DNA of 64,000 nt, taken from positions 4,704,001 through 4,768,000 of the forward strand of contig OZ241867.1 in assembly GCA_965203175.1 (NCBI GenBank). The letters run 5' to 3'. Below, piece by piece: positions 45,378-54,201 of the stretch (positions within the stretch are counted from its first letter, which is position 1; every line of letters starts with the position of its first letter). The position numbers were made by a program, and so were the translations under genes. The notes below the pieces were generated by a model. That model was not told where the DNA came from, did no database searches, and saw only the letters and a list, made by a program, of their open reading frames with translations. The stretch comes from Candidatus Latescibacterota bacterium. GTDB lineage: Bacteria > Latescibacterota > UBA2968 > UBA8231.

Positions 45378-48095
45378 CTATTGCAACCCGGCGTAGAGGG
45401 TAACAAAACTCTGGGTAGCCGTGAGAGTCTCGGCCTCCGCAAAATTCTTGCGCTCCACCACAAAACCAGCCAGAGCTTGGATCCGATACCCCAGATAGGC
45501 CGATTCCGTCACTAACTGGAAAGCCCAACTCAGCGAGTTGAAGTCCTCACTATCTCGGTCTAAATCGTTGAAAAAGGCGTACTCCATCCCGGCCTGCGCC
45601 CTAGTCGCGGACAAAAGCTGAGTCTCCAACAACACCGAAACCAACTCCAGCAGCGTCGTTTGCTTCGCCTGATCAAACAGCGACCGGCTCTGTTGCACCC
45701 ACTCGCTCTTCCAACGCGGCTCCACAGTTACGCCCCGCCAAGCGTAGCGGTAACTCGCCTTATTGATCAAGCCAAAGAAAAAGTCCGACGGAGCTAAGTC
45801 GTGCTGTCGGCGTTGTTTCGCGCTCATCAACTGCCGGAAAAGCACCCAGTTGAGCTTGCTCATCACCTGGAGATTTTCGCCCGTCAGACTGTGGCCGACA
45901 AAGAGTTGATTGACCCACGTATCCCGCGCCAACAGCGGATCGTCAAGATGCACCAACTGTCCACCCCGCAAGGTATTGTCTGGCCGCCACTGCAAGAGCG
46001 GATTGGGAATGTCGTCCGCGACCAACTGGCTCATCTCAAACAGCCGCACTCGGCCCCAGCGCGGCCACACCCGCTCGTAGCCCACCTGCACGTACGTGCT
46101 GTGATTTTTGCGGTCGGCTGAGATCTGCGCCTCGCGCAAGGCCCCGGCTTTAAACTGCCAATGCCGACCTAGCCCCACGCCGCCATAGACATTGAAGCCT
46201 GCCTGATCGCGGCGGTAGGGATAGTCCGGCTCAGTGTCGTTCTCGTACAGATCAACCCAGAAGTTGTGGTTCATATCCACGCCAAAGAGGAACTCGGGCC
46301 GGTCCACCTGGAAGCGCAGGAAGGGCTCTTGGTAATCGGGGATGTTATTGGCCTTGACGCGATTGTCGTTCTGGTTGAAGTCGGGCACCAAGTCGTTGTT
46401 CAGATCCCAACCGGGAAAAACCTGCCGATCGTCAACGAGAAAATCGGCGCGGAAGGCATCGGGGAAGCGGTCTTGGTCGTCGTTGTCTTCGACCAGATCA
46501 AAGCGGTTGCCCTGGCGAGCGTAGTCGAGTCCAGTAGTAGTAGTGACAAAAGCTTGGGTATTGTAGCGCGGGTCAATGGAATACACCTCGCCGAACAACG
46601 TGAACGGTGCCCAAGCTTTGCGGACATTCACCATCCAAGCCGGCGCACTGGGTTGGCCCTTAACCCCCGCCGAGGCCGTGTGCGTTTCCTCGGCGACGTT
46701 GGGGTATTGACGCCAACTCCAACTCAAATCGTATTCGCCGTACGCGTCGAATCCGAGCAGATCCTGCACCCGGAGGGTGCCACCGGCCACAGTGGTAGCA
46801 GTGGGCAGGCCGTAGGCAAAGCTGACCACGCCTAAATTGGAAATGTCCTGCACATTGCCCGCCGCCTGCGACACCAGCGTAAAAAAGGGATTTTCCGTCG
46901 GCGCTACGTCGAGCCGGGTAAATCCCTCTTCGCCCAAGCCGCGCACTCCCTCACCCGGATCGAGCAGTCCCAACTGGCGATCGGAACTCATCCAGACCTG
47001 ATAGTCATTGGCTAGTACCAACCGAAATTCTACTGCGACGATCTCCGCCTTGTCTGCCGCAGCCCGGTTGACAAACGACGCACTGTCAAAGTCGTAGAGC
47101 AGGCTGATTTGCTCGCTGCCGTCCGCGCTGAGAAAGCCCCGCCGCTCCAATCCCCCTTCAATCACCGGACCAAAGCGGATGTCCCGGCCCTGCTCCACCG
47201 TGCCGTCGCGATAGGTGATGATCACGTCCGAGGCGTCCGGGAAAAAGGCCGCACCGCCGAGGCCGTCCTCCGGCGAGTCGTCCCGCAAGAGGATTTCGAT
47301 CTGCCCAACTGTCTGGTTCTGTTCGTTGGTCAAAGATCCTTTGTGCAAGGTCTCCACGAGTTGGTCAGCCACACTATTGGTCTGGTGGGCGCTAACCGCG
47401 TGCAACCCCACCTCGACGAAATCGCCCACCTGCGCTGCAAAACGGCCTCCCGCCAAAGACGTGGCGTCCGTAAAGGCCCGCTCCGTCTCCTGGATGGCCC
47501 TAGGCCCTGAGATCAGCGAATGGAGGAACGTCATTTGATACTTGTCCGTGGCCAAATCCAGTTGGAATCCATTCAAGCGCGGCTTGGAAAAGGCCAGTGG
47601 CGTCAGGGTCGTGCGTAGATTGTTGCTCACTGTCAGCGCGTAGTGATACTGGCCCTTCCGGTCCCCGGCGATCACCAACTGATTAAACCATCGGTCGAAC
47701 ACATTCGTCTTGAACAGGGTGCTGCCCGCCTCCTGAGGCCGCGTCTGCGCGGTGTTGAACACCAGCCAGCCTTGGGTCAGGTAATTCCCATACAAATCGT
47801 AGAAGTAATCCCCCTGTAGATCGACTTCCACATAGCGCCGGTACGGCAGCCGCGCCCGATTGGTGTACTGCCACTGCCGCCAGTGGTATTCTTCGTATAG
47901 TTCCTGCGGCACGTACCAGCGCCGCACCGCCGGATCCAGCGCGGCCAGATACACTTCTGGACTCAGAGTCATCAGCCGAGCTTCCGCACCCTGCTGCAAC
48001 CCCAACCGACTGCCGTACTCGACCTGAGCGGCGCTGTCGCAAAAGACCGCAAGGCCGAGCAGTATGGCGAATTTTTGTCTCGTCGAGTTGCTCAT
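45378..48095 (-). CDS. Large secreted protein, putative outer-membrane beta-barrel with Asp-rich region (paralog 2)
   Basis: Shares ALDPAVRRWYVPQEL, GDYFYDLYG, VEDNDDQDR, DRPEFLFGVDMN, FFGLINKA and the C-terminal AGL(D/Q) with 23050-25776. Confidence 0.65.
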   Translation of the reverse strand: MSNSTRQKFAILLGLAVFCDSAAQVEYGSRLGLQQGAEARLMTLSPEVYLAALDPAVRRWYVPQELYEEYHWRQWQYTNRARLPYRRYVEVDLQGDYFYDLYGNYLTQGWLVFNTAQTRPQEAGSTLFKTNVFDRWFNQLVIAGDRKGQYHYALTVSNNLRTTLTPLAFSKPRLNGFQLDLATDKYQMTFLHSLISGPRAIQETERAFTDATSLAGGRFAAQVGDFVEVGLHAVSAHQTNSVADQLVETLHKGSLTNEQNQTVGQIEILLRDDSPEDGLGGAAFFPDASDVIITYRDGTVEQGRDIRFGPVIEGGLERRGFLSADGSEQISLLYDFDSASFVNRAAADKAEIVAVEFRLVLANDYQVWMSSDRQLGLLDPGEGVRGLGEEGFTRLDVAPTENPFFTLVSQAAGNVQDISNLGVVSFAYGLPTATTVAGGTLRVQDLLGFDAYGEYDLSWSWRQYPNVAEETHTASAGVKGQPSAPAWMVNVRKAWAPFTLFGEVYSIDPRYNTQAFVTTTTGLDYARQGNRFDLVEDNDDQDRFPDAFRADFLVDDRQVFPGWDLNNDLVPDFNQNDNRVKANNIPDYQEPFLRFQVDRPEFLFGVDMNHNFWVDLYENDTEPDYPYRRDQAGFNVYGGVGLGRHWQFKAGALREAQISADRKNHSTYVQVGYERVWPRWGRVRLFEMSQLVADDIPNPLLQWRPDNTLRGGQLVHLDDPLLARDTWVNQLFVGHSLTGENLQVMSKLNWVLFRQLMSAKQRRQHDLAPSDFFFGLINKASYRYAWRGVTVEPRWKSEWVQQSRSLFDQAKQTTLLELVSVLLETQLLSATRAQAGMEYAFFNDLDRDSEDFNSLSWAFQLVTESAYLGYRIQALAGFVVERKNFAEAETLTATQSFVTLYAGLQ

Positions 48096-48112
48096 AGGAC
48101 GACCGCCGCGTC

Positions 48113-51100
48113 TCAATAGGCCACGGCAATGAGGCGGACTCGGGTCTGTCCGCTAAAGGCCGTAGCGTCCGCGTCCACCTCGATCTTGCACAAATACAAG
48201 CCCGGTGCCACAACCTGCCCCTCCTCGTCTCTCCCATCCCAGATAAACCGCTGCTGCCCACCCGTAGCCAACGCCTCCAACTGCCTCACTTGACTACCCG
48301 CTAGCGTATAGATCCGCACTGCCAACGACCGCTCCGCCTGTACCCGAAACAAGGAAAAGCCGATCTCGGCCACCTCGTTGACCCCATCGCCGTTGGGCGT
48401 AAAAGGATTCGGCGCGATCGCTACCTGGGCAATGGCCGCGTCGGCCCCTTGCGCGCGAATGGCCAAGCTCTTTGCGGGACTCAGCCCAGTGACATCGCCG
48501 CCGTCGGCCGCCTGCCACGCGGTCAGGGGCTGGCTCTGCCGCACTGCAACGGCCAAGCGCGTCCCCTGCAAATACACCCGCGAGGCAAAGCGCAGCCGCA
48601 TCAATCGGCCCCGGTCCATCACCCAACCCCGCTGATCACCCAGCCTGTTGTACCGACTCTGGTCAAGACTATCACCAGCCGCATCAAAGGGCACCTGATC
48701 GCCCAAACCAACGACCTTGCGGAAGTAGCGCACCGGCCCCTGCTCGGCTGCGGCTAGCGCCTCGTAGGTTTCCGCGTCCACCTCGACCAGACCACCACTC
48801 TCCTGCCGCTGAAAGTAGCGCACCGCGCCCTGTTCGGCCTCGGGCAGAAGACTGTACGAGGTAAAGGTCAACAAATTGCGATCTAGCCCGGTGGGCACCT
48901 CGTCGCCGGGAATCACCGCACGGTAGTATACCGGCGCGAGGATTTCGGAGGATGCCCCCTGCACAGTCTCGGGAAAACGCAACCACAGCGAATCGCCTTC
49001 GGCGTGCACGGCCAACTCGGCCCCCTGCACATCGAGCAGCCGACCGTCGCCACCTCGCGCAAAGCGCTGAAACGAAGTCTCGGACGCCAACTCCGCTTCT
49101 GTGCCCAAGGCCACATCGACCAGCCGCAGGTCCAGCCCCGGCTCGGCGCGCAGCCGCACTTCGTCGAAACCTAGGCTGCGCATATTAGCTGGCTGCGCTA
49201 AAAAGTCGGGTTGGACAAAAAGAGCAAATGTGTCGAGCACTCCTGCCTCCACTGCCGTCGGCCACACCTCGGCGCGCAGCCGCTGCACCACCGGCTGATG
49301 AAGACCCACTGAAATGCGATGCAGCGCTGGCACGTGCTGACCGCCGTCGTTTTTGAGCCGCACCTGGAGCTGCATAAAGCGCCGCAGACTCGGCGAACTC
49401 GCCAATTCTCCCGGCTGCCGATACTGTTGGCTCCACGCGCTCCACCCCGGTCCGACGACCACCGTGGTATCCGAAGGCCCCTTGAGAAAACCGGCCAAAG
49501 TTCTGTATTCGTCCGCAGTCTTCTCATTGCCGGTTTTGTCGAAGTAGCGGATTTGCTGCAACAGTTGGTCGCCAGTGCGGGTGCGGATTTCCACGTCCGT
49601 ACCCGGCGGCGTGTCGGCGTCCCAGTGGACCGCACCGAGAGCCACCAGCCCCGGCAACTCGATCAAGTCCGATTCCAACACCACCTCGGCCGGCGGACGG
49701 CTGGAAAACAGCATGATCTCGGTGATCGACGACCAGAAGGCATTGACCAAAATCCCCTGCCCGGCTCCGCTTTCGGAGCGACCGCCGACAAAACCCGGAG
49801 GAAAGTGGGCAAAGACGATCAAGTCGAGGAGACGGGCTTTGAGCGGCGGATCCTGGGGATCGACAATCGAACTGAAGCGGCCCGAGTCACCGCGCGGCAG
49901 CGCTGCGGCCACGCTGTACTCGCGCTCTGGTGGACTAATGCGCTGCCATTTAAGGCCACCGCGGACGTCGCGCCCGCCAGCAGAAGCCCGCATGATATAG
50001 CCGCGCATACCCGACCCCGTAAGACGCACCTGCTCCAGCCACACTGCGCCGCCAATATCGACGGTCAGCACATTGCCGCCGGGATTGAGGGGATTGCGGG
50101 TTTGATGGGAGTAATAGGTAGCGTCGTCCCCGTCGAATGCCGTCAGCGGATTCTTACCCGGCGTGGTCAGCGCGAGCGAGCCGCCGTTTTTGACCAAGTT
50201 GATGCCGATGTTGTCGCCCCAACCCCAGGCCTCGACCTCGGCCAAGCGCGGCAATTCCCGGCGGTAATAGCCCCGCCGCCCCTGCCGCTCTGCGGCCAGA
50301 GCTTGATAGGTCGCCTCGTCCACCGGCTCCTCGCGTCCGGCCACGTCCCGCGCAAAGTAAACCACATCGCCCCGCTCGTCGGCCGACAACTCCTCCCACG
50401 CTTCCTCGGTAATCTGTTCGGCCCGCCCTCCCCGCGTATCCGTGATTACAATGCGGATGGTCTCAATGCTCTTGCCCGTCCACTCGGGCGAGGGCTTTCT
50501 CGCTTCGATCAGCAGCCTATCACTAACCACGCCGGAAGCTGGGGGCAGTTCGGGGCTGGTGTGCTCGCTTTCAAAAATGTATTCGCGCTGCGTGGTACTG
50601 GGCGCGTCCTGCGGAATGAACAGTTGGAAGCCAATGCGGCTATTCGGCTCGTGCAACAGCGCGCTCTGCCGACGCGACAACAGCATGATAAACTGCAGAA
50701 ACGGATCGCCGAGTTCTTCGCCGACGAACTGGAGCTTGAGCCGCTCCACAGGCACAGCCCGCCCCAGATCGACCTCAATCCACCACTGCTCGATGGGGTC
50801 GCGTGGGTCCGGCTCCCAAAACGTGGTCGGATCGCCGTCGAGAATACGCTCCGCTAACTGCGGATTGGACCCCACCCGGCTAATCCCCGGCCGCACCCAG
50901 TAGTCGAAGACCAGTTCGTTGAGCGTATTGCGAATCGGCTCGCCAAATACATCGAACTGCATAGTGCTGTCGATCGTGCCAATGCGCGGGTCATCCGTGT
51001 TGATGACTATCGGCCGTCTGAGCGTGCGATCCTCTAAGACATTGTACACCGTCCGCAACTGGCGCGTCCGCACGGCCCCAGCCTCGTCGATGTGCGCTAG

Positions 51101-51250
51101 ATGGGCGGGGATCTTCCACTGCCGCCAGTGCTGCGCCAGATCGACCACCACCTCGTCGCCGCTTAACTGGTAGCCCCGTTGGGCCTCAACAGGTGCCAGA
51201 CTCAGCGCCAAGCCGACAAAAATCTTCTGCACGACAAAGCTGTGTTTCAT
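48113..51250 (-). CDS. Secreted protein with FlgD/gliding-motility-type C-terminal domain (long class, ~1045 aa)
   Basis: Signal peptide, WWIEVDLGR, GDPFLQF, RTRTG...WSAWSQ, PNPFTPNGDGVNE...WDGRD, ends IAVAY. Confidence 0.82.
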   Translation of the reverse strand: MKHSFVVQKIFVGLALSLAPVEAQRGYQLSGDEVVVDLAQHWRQWKIPAHLAHIDEAGAVRTRQLRTVYNVLEDRTLRRPIVINTDDPRIGTIDSTMQFDVFGEPIRNTLNELVFDYWVRPGISRVGSNPQLAERILDGDPTTFWEPDPRDPIEQWWIEVDLGRAVPVERLKLQFVGEELGDPFLQFIMLLSRRQSALLHEPNSRIGFQLFIPQDAPSTTQREYIFESEHTSPELPPASGVVSDRLLIEARKPSPEWTGKSIETIRIVITDTRGGRAEQITEEAWEELSADERGDVVYFARDVAGREEPVDEATYQALAAERQGRRGYYRRELPRLAEVEAWGWGDNIGINLVKNGGSLALTTPGKNPLTAFDGDDATYYSHQTRNPLNPGGNVLTVDIGGAVWLEQVRLTGSGMRGYIMRASAGGRDVRGGLKWQRISPPEREYSVAAALPRGDSGRFSSIVDPQDPPLKARLLDLIVFAHFPPGFVGGRSESGAGQGILVNAFWSSITEIMLFSSRPPAEVVLESDLIELPGLVALGAVHWDADTPPGTDVEIRTRTGDQLLQQIRYFDKTGNEKTADEYRTLAGFLKGPSDTTVVVGPGWSAWSQQYRQPGELASSPSLRRFMQLQVRLKNDGGQHVPALHRISVGLHQPVVQRLRAEVWPTAVEAGVLDTFALFVQPDFLAQPANMRSLGFDEVRLRAEPGLDLRLVDVALGTEAELASETSFQRFARGGDGRLLDVQGAELAVHAEGDSLWLRFPETVQGASSEILAPVYYRAVIPGDEVPTGLDRNLLTFTSYSLLPEAEQGAVRYFQRQESGGLVEVDAETYEALAAAEQGPVRYFRKVVGLGDQVPFDAAGDSLDQSRYNRLGDQRGWVMDRGRLMRLRFASRVYLQGTRLAVAVRQSQPLTAWQAADGGDVTGLSPAKSLAIRAQGADAAIAQVAIAPNPFTPNGDGVNEVAEIGFSLFRVQAERSLAVRIYTLAGSQVRQLEALATGGQQRFIWDGRDEEGQVVAPGLYLCKIEVDADATAFSGQTRVRLIAVAY

Positions 51251-51364
51251 GGCTGCGTGAATTCTCTCACCCATAGGTAAAGATCAAATCAGGTATAATT
51301 ACAGTGTCCGTCGCAACTATATGCCGCTTTCCCTACAGATGTCAAACGCATATGCTGAACAAAT

Positions 51365-51393
51365 TTGAAAGAGGAAGGGCCGCCCGCTATATT
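51365..51393 (+). promoter_or_regulatory. Sigma70-type promoter, copy 2 of the duplicated 29-bp element
   Basis: TTGAAA-GAGGAAGGGCCGCCCGC-TATATT. Confidence 0.7.
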
Positions 51394-51438
51394 CCTCGCT
51401 CACAATCCGCACTTCCTACCCCACCTCCTGCCAACCTC

Positions 51439-53403
51439 ATGTCGCGTCTGGGAATTCGCTGGGTAGTCCTCTATTTCCTGTCCATTCTCGTGCCAGCCGC
51501 CCTGCTGGCCTTTCTGAGCGTGCGCTCGCTGCGCGATGTCCGCGACAGTGTGCGCCAAGAATTGCGCTCCAAGACGGTGCTAGTGCAGGACGCCTTCGAT
51601 CGCTTGATCAACAGCCGCGCCCAACTCCTAGCCGCATATACCGAAGAGAGTGGAATGGATCCGCGCTCGTACGCGGGTTTTTCCGAGATTGAGCAAATCT
51701 TCGCCGTCGATCCCACGGGAGTGCTGCTCCATCCTGCAGTGCAGCCCTTGCGCTTGCAGGAGCCTCGGGCGGCCTTCGCCGCGCAGATGGAGAAAGCCGA
51801 AGAGCGCGAATTCGGCCACCAAGACTGGGCGGGCGGCGTGCAACTCTACCGCCAAGCATGGAAGGAGGCGACCAGCCCCGCAGAGGAAGCCGAAGCCCTC
51901 AATACCCTTGCCCGCTGCGCCTATAAAGGGAAAGACATGGCGATGGTGGAGGAAATACACCAGATGCTAGCGGCCCTTTACAGCCAAGTCTTCGACGCCG
52001 ACGGAGCCCATCCCGTTACCCTGAGCCACTTGCGCCTAGGGCGCTATGCCGCGCCCGAGCAGGCCCAGGCTAGTCTAATGGCTTGGACCGAGGCTCTGCT
52101 CAAAGGCCGCTATCCCCTGTACGCGGGCTGTCAGCAGGCGCTGCAAGAGGCCCACACGTTGGCGCAAGGTCGGCTGGCAGACATGGAAGACCGTCCCGTT
52201 CTACTGGAGCGGTTGGCCCTGATCGAGGCGGCCCTTGATTTTGCGCTGCGCTTCGGCCCCGTGTTGGAGAACCAATGGGCCACGGCCCGGAAGCAGGGTT
52301 ATATATCGGGAGTGGGCGACGACGGGACGAGTTTTCTCATGTGCCTAGGGATAGCTGAAGGTGGTGGCGCGGTAGGCATTCTATTCGACTGGGCTTCGCT
52401 GACGGCCCTAGTGCAGGAGCAGGTAGAAGGTCTGGCAGAGCGGGATTTTGCCCTTGCCCTATTCGACGCCGACGCGGAGGCCGCCTTTGCAACGGATCAT
52501 CGGGAAACCATCTACGAGACTGGTCCAGCCAGCCGCTGGATGGACCAAGTGCGGCTGGGGATCTGGGCAGCCGATACTTCCGCGGCCACCGGATACTACC
52601 GCACGCGTAACTGGCTGGTGGGCGGCGGCATTTTCGCCTTGGCCGTATCCGTGGTCTTAGGTGGGCTTATGATCCTGCGGGATGCCGGGCGCGAGGTGCA
52701 GGTAGCCCGCCTGCGCTCCGAATTTGTCGCCAATGTATCGCACGAGTTGCGCACCCCGCTCACCGCGATCCGCATGTACGCCGAGACCCTGCTCTTGGGC
52801 CGCTACCGGTCGAATGAACAGATGCAAGACTATCTGATCACCCTTCTGCACGAGAGCCAACGGCTGTCGCGCTTAGTAGATAATGTGCTCGATTTCGCCC
52901 GCATTGAGCGCGGCGACCGGACCTACCAGCGCCAACCCTGCGACCTAGGGGACGCAGCTCGGGCCGCGCTGGAGACCTTTGGCGGAGTATTTGCCGCAGA
53001 AGGCTTTGAAGTGGAGGAAGCTATTGCTGCGGAACTACCTCCAGTACTAGCCGACCAAGAAGCAGTGGAGGGCGCGGTAGCCAATCTCCTAGGCAACGCA
53101 GTCAAGTACTCGTCCGAGCACAAAGCCATCCGCCTAGCCGTAGAACAGCGCGCTGCCGAGGTAGTCATAGAAGTAGCCGACCGAGGCATCGGCCTCCCCA
53201 CAGGTGAAGAAGAGCGCATCTTTGGGCAATTCCATCGAGGGGCTAACGCGGCCAGCACGGCCGGGACCGGATTGGGATTGTCTCTAGTCAAAAGCGTGGT
53301 CGAGGCGCATGAAGGCCGGGTGGAAGCAGCCCATCGACCGGACGGCGGCAGTGTATTCCGGCTGTACTTCCCGGTGCAGGCCGAGGAGAAGACCCATGCC
53401 TAA
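51439..53403 (+). CDS. Sensor histidine kinase with large periplasmic domain
   Basis: Two TM helices; FVANVSHELRTPL, NLLGNAVKYS, DRGIG, GTGLGL; start 51439 lies downstream of the promoter. Confidence 0.93.
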   Translation: MSRLGIRWVVLYFLSILVPAALLAFLSVRSLRDVRDSVRQELRSKTVLVQDAFDRLINSRAQLLAAYTEESGMDPRSYAGFSEIEQIFAVDPTGVLLHPAVQPLRLQEPRAAFAAQMEKAEEREFGHQDWAGGVQLYRQAWKEATSPAEEAEALNTLARCAYKGKDMAMVEEIHQMLAALYSQVFDADGAHPVTLSHLRLGRYAAPEQAQASLMAWTEALLKGRYPLYAGCQQALQEAHTLAQGRLADMEDRPVLLERLALIEAALDFALRFGPVLENQWATARKQGYISGVGDDGTSFLMCLGIAEGGGAVGILFDWASLTALVQEQVEGLAERDFALALFDADAEAAFATDHRETIYETGPASRWMDQVRLGIWAADTSAATGYYRTRNWLVGGGIFALAVSVVLGGLMILRDAGREVQVARLRSEFVANVSHELRTPLTAIRMYAETLLLGRYRSNEQMQDYLITLLHESQRLSRLVDNVLDFARIERGDRTYQRQPCDLGDAARAALETFGGVFAAEGFEVEEAIAAELPPVLADQEAVEGAVANLLGNAVKYSSEHKAIRLAVEQRAAEVVIEVADRGIGLPTGEEERIFGQFHRGANAASTAGTGLGLSLVKSVVEAHEGRVEAAHRPDGGSVFRLYFPVQAEEKTHA

Positions 53404-54076
53404 AATTTTGGTCGTCGAGGACGAAGCGGCCATCGCCCGGGTGCTGGTCGATAATCTGACCTTTGAAGGCCACGAGGCCGAGGCGGTCGCCGATGGAGCC
53501 GAGGGGCTAGAGCGGGCCTTGGCTTGGCAGCCGGACCTGATTCTGCTGGATGTGGTGATGCCCACTATGGATGGGTACGAGGTGTGCCGTCGTCTGCGGG
53601 CGCAGGGGGCGGCCACGCCTATCATCATGCTCACGGCGCGCGGCGAAGAGGTCGATAAAGTTCTAGGCCTAGAGTTGGGGGCTGACGACTACGTCACCAA
53701 ACCAGTGGGCGTCCGCGAACTCATGGCGCGGATCAAAGCGGTGCTGCGGCGCAGCGAGTTGGCATCGACCACAGGCACGGTGCTAGCGTTCGGACCAGCG
53801 CGAATCGACTTCGACCGCTACGAGGCGACCGTGGATAGCCAGACCGTGCATCTGTCCCCCAAGGCATTTGGCGTGCTGCGTCTCCTGTGGGAGCGCAAAG
53901 GCCATGCCCTGACCCGAGCGCAGATCTTGGAGCAGGTGTGGGGCTACGAAGTGTACCCCACTACGCGCACGGTGGACAACCACATCGCCGAATTGCGCAA
54001 CCGCTTGGAGGCCGATCCGGCCCAGCCGCGCCACATCCTCACGGTACACGGAATCGGATACCGCTTTGTGGAGTGA
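53396..54076 (+). CDS. OmpR/PhoB-family response regulator
   Basis: ILVVEDE, LLDVVMP, GADDYVTKP, TRTVDNHI..LR, TVHGIGYRF. Confidence 0.95.
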   Translation: MPKILVVEDEAAIARVLVDNLTFEGHEAEAVADGAEGLERALAWQPDLILLDVVMPTMDGYEVCRRLRAQGAATPIIMLTARGEEVDKVLGLELGADDYVTKPVGVRELMARIKAVLRRSELASTTGTVLAFGPARIDFDRYEATVDSQTVHLSPKAFGVLRLLWERKGHALTRAQILEQVWGYEVYPTTRTVDNHIAELRNRLEADPAQPRHILTVHGIGYRFVE

Positions 54077-54104
54077 GGCCAGAAAGTACAACCTTTTTGC
54101 ACAT

Positions 54105-54133
54105 CCATGACAAAACCATGACAACTTGGACAA
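54105..54133. promoter_or_regulatory. Direct-repeat box, likely OmpR-family binding site
   Basis: CCATGACAA at 54105 and 54116 (11-bp period) plus a degenerate GACAA at 54129. Confidence 0.65.
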
Positions 54134-54201
54134 CGTTGGCGTTTAGGTTCAAAGGTGAGTGCGCAACCGCGCATTCACTCACCTAAACGAGGAGTCCCAT
54201 C

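Noticed and set aside
49319-50857. 512-aa plus-strand ORF, and similar long antisense ORFs (1787-2896, 5591-6874, 54850-55950)
   Set aside because: They are shadows of well-supported genes on the opposite strand in GC-rich DNA and have no recognisable motifs.
54086-54133. Short repeats as a mini-CRISPR
   Set aside because: The units are 9 bp with no spacers and no cas genes; they fit a transcription-factor box better.
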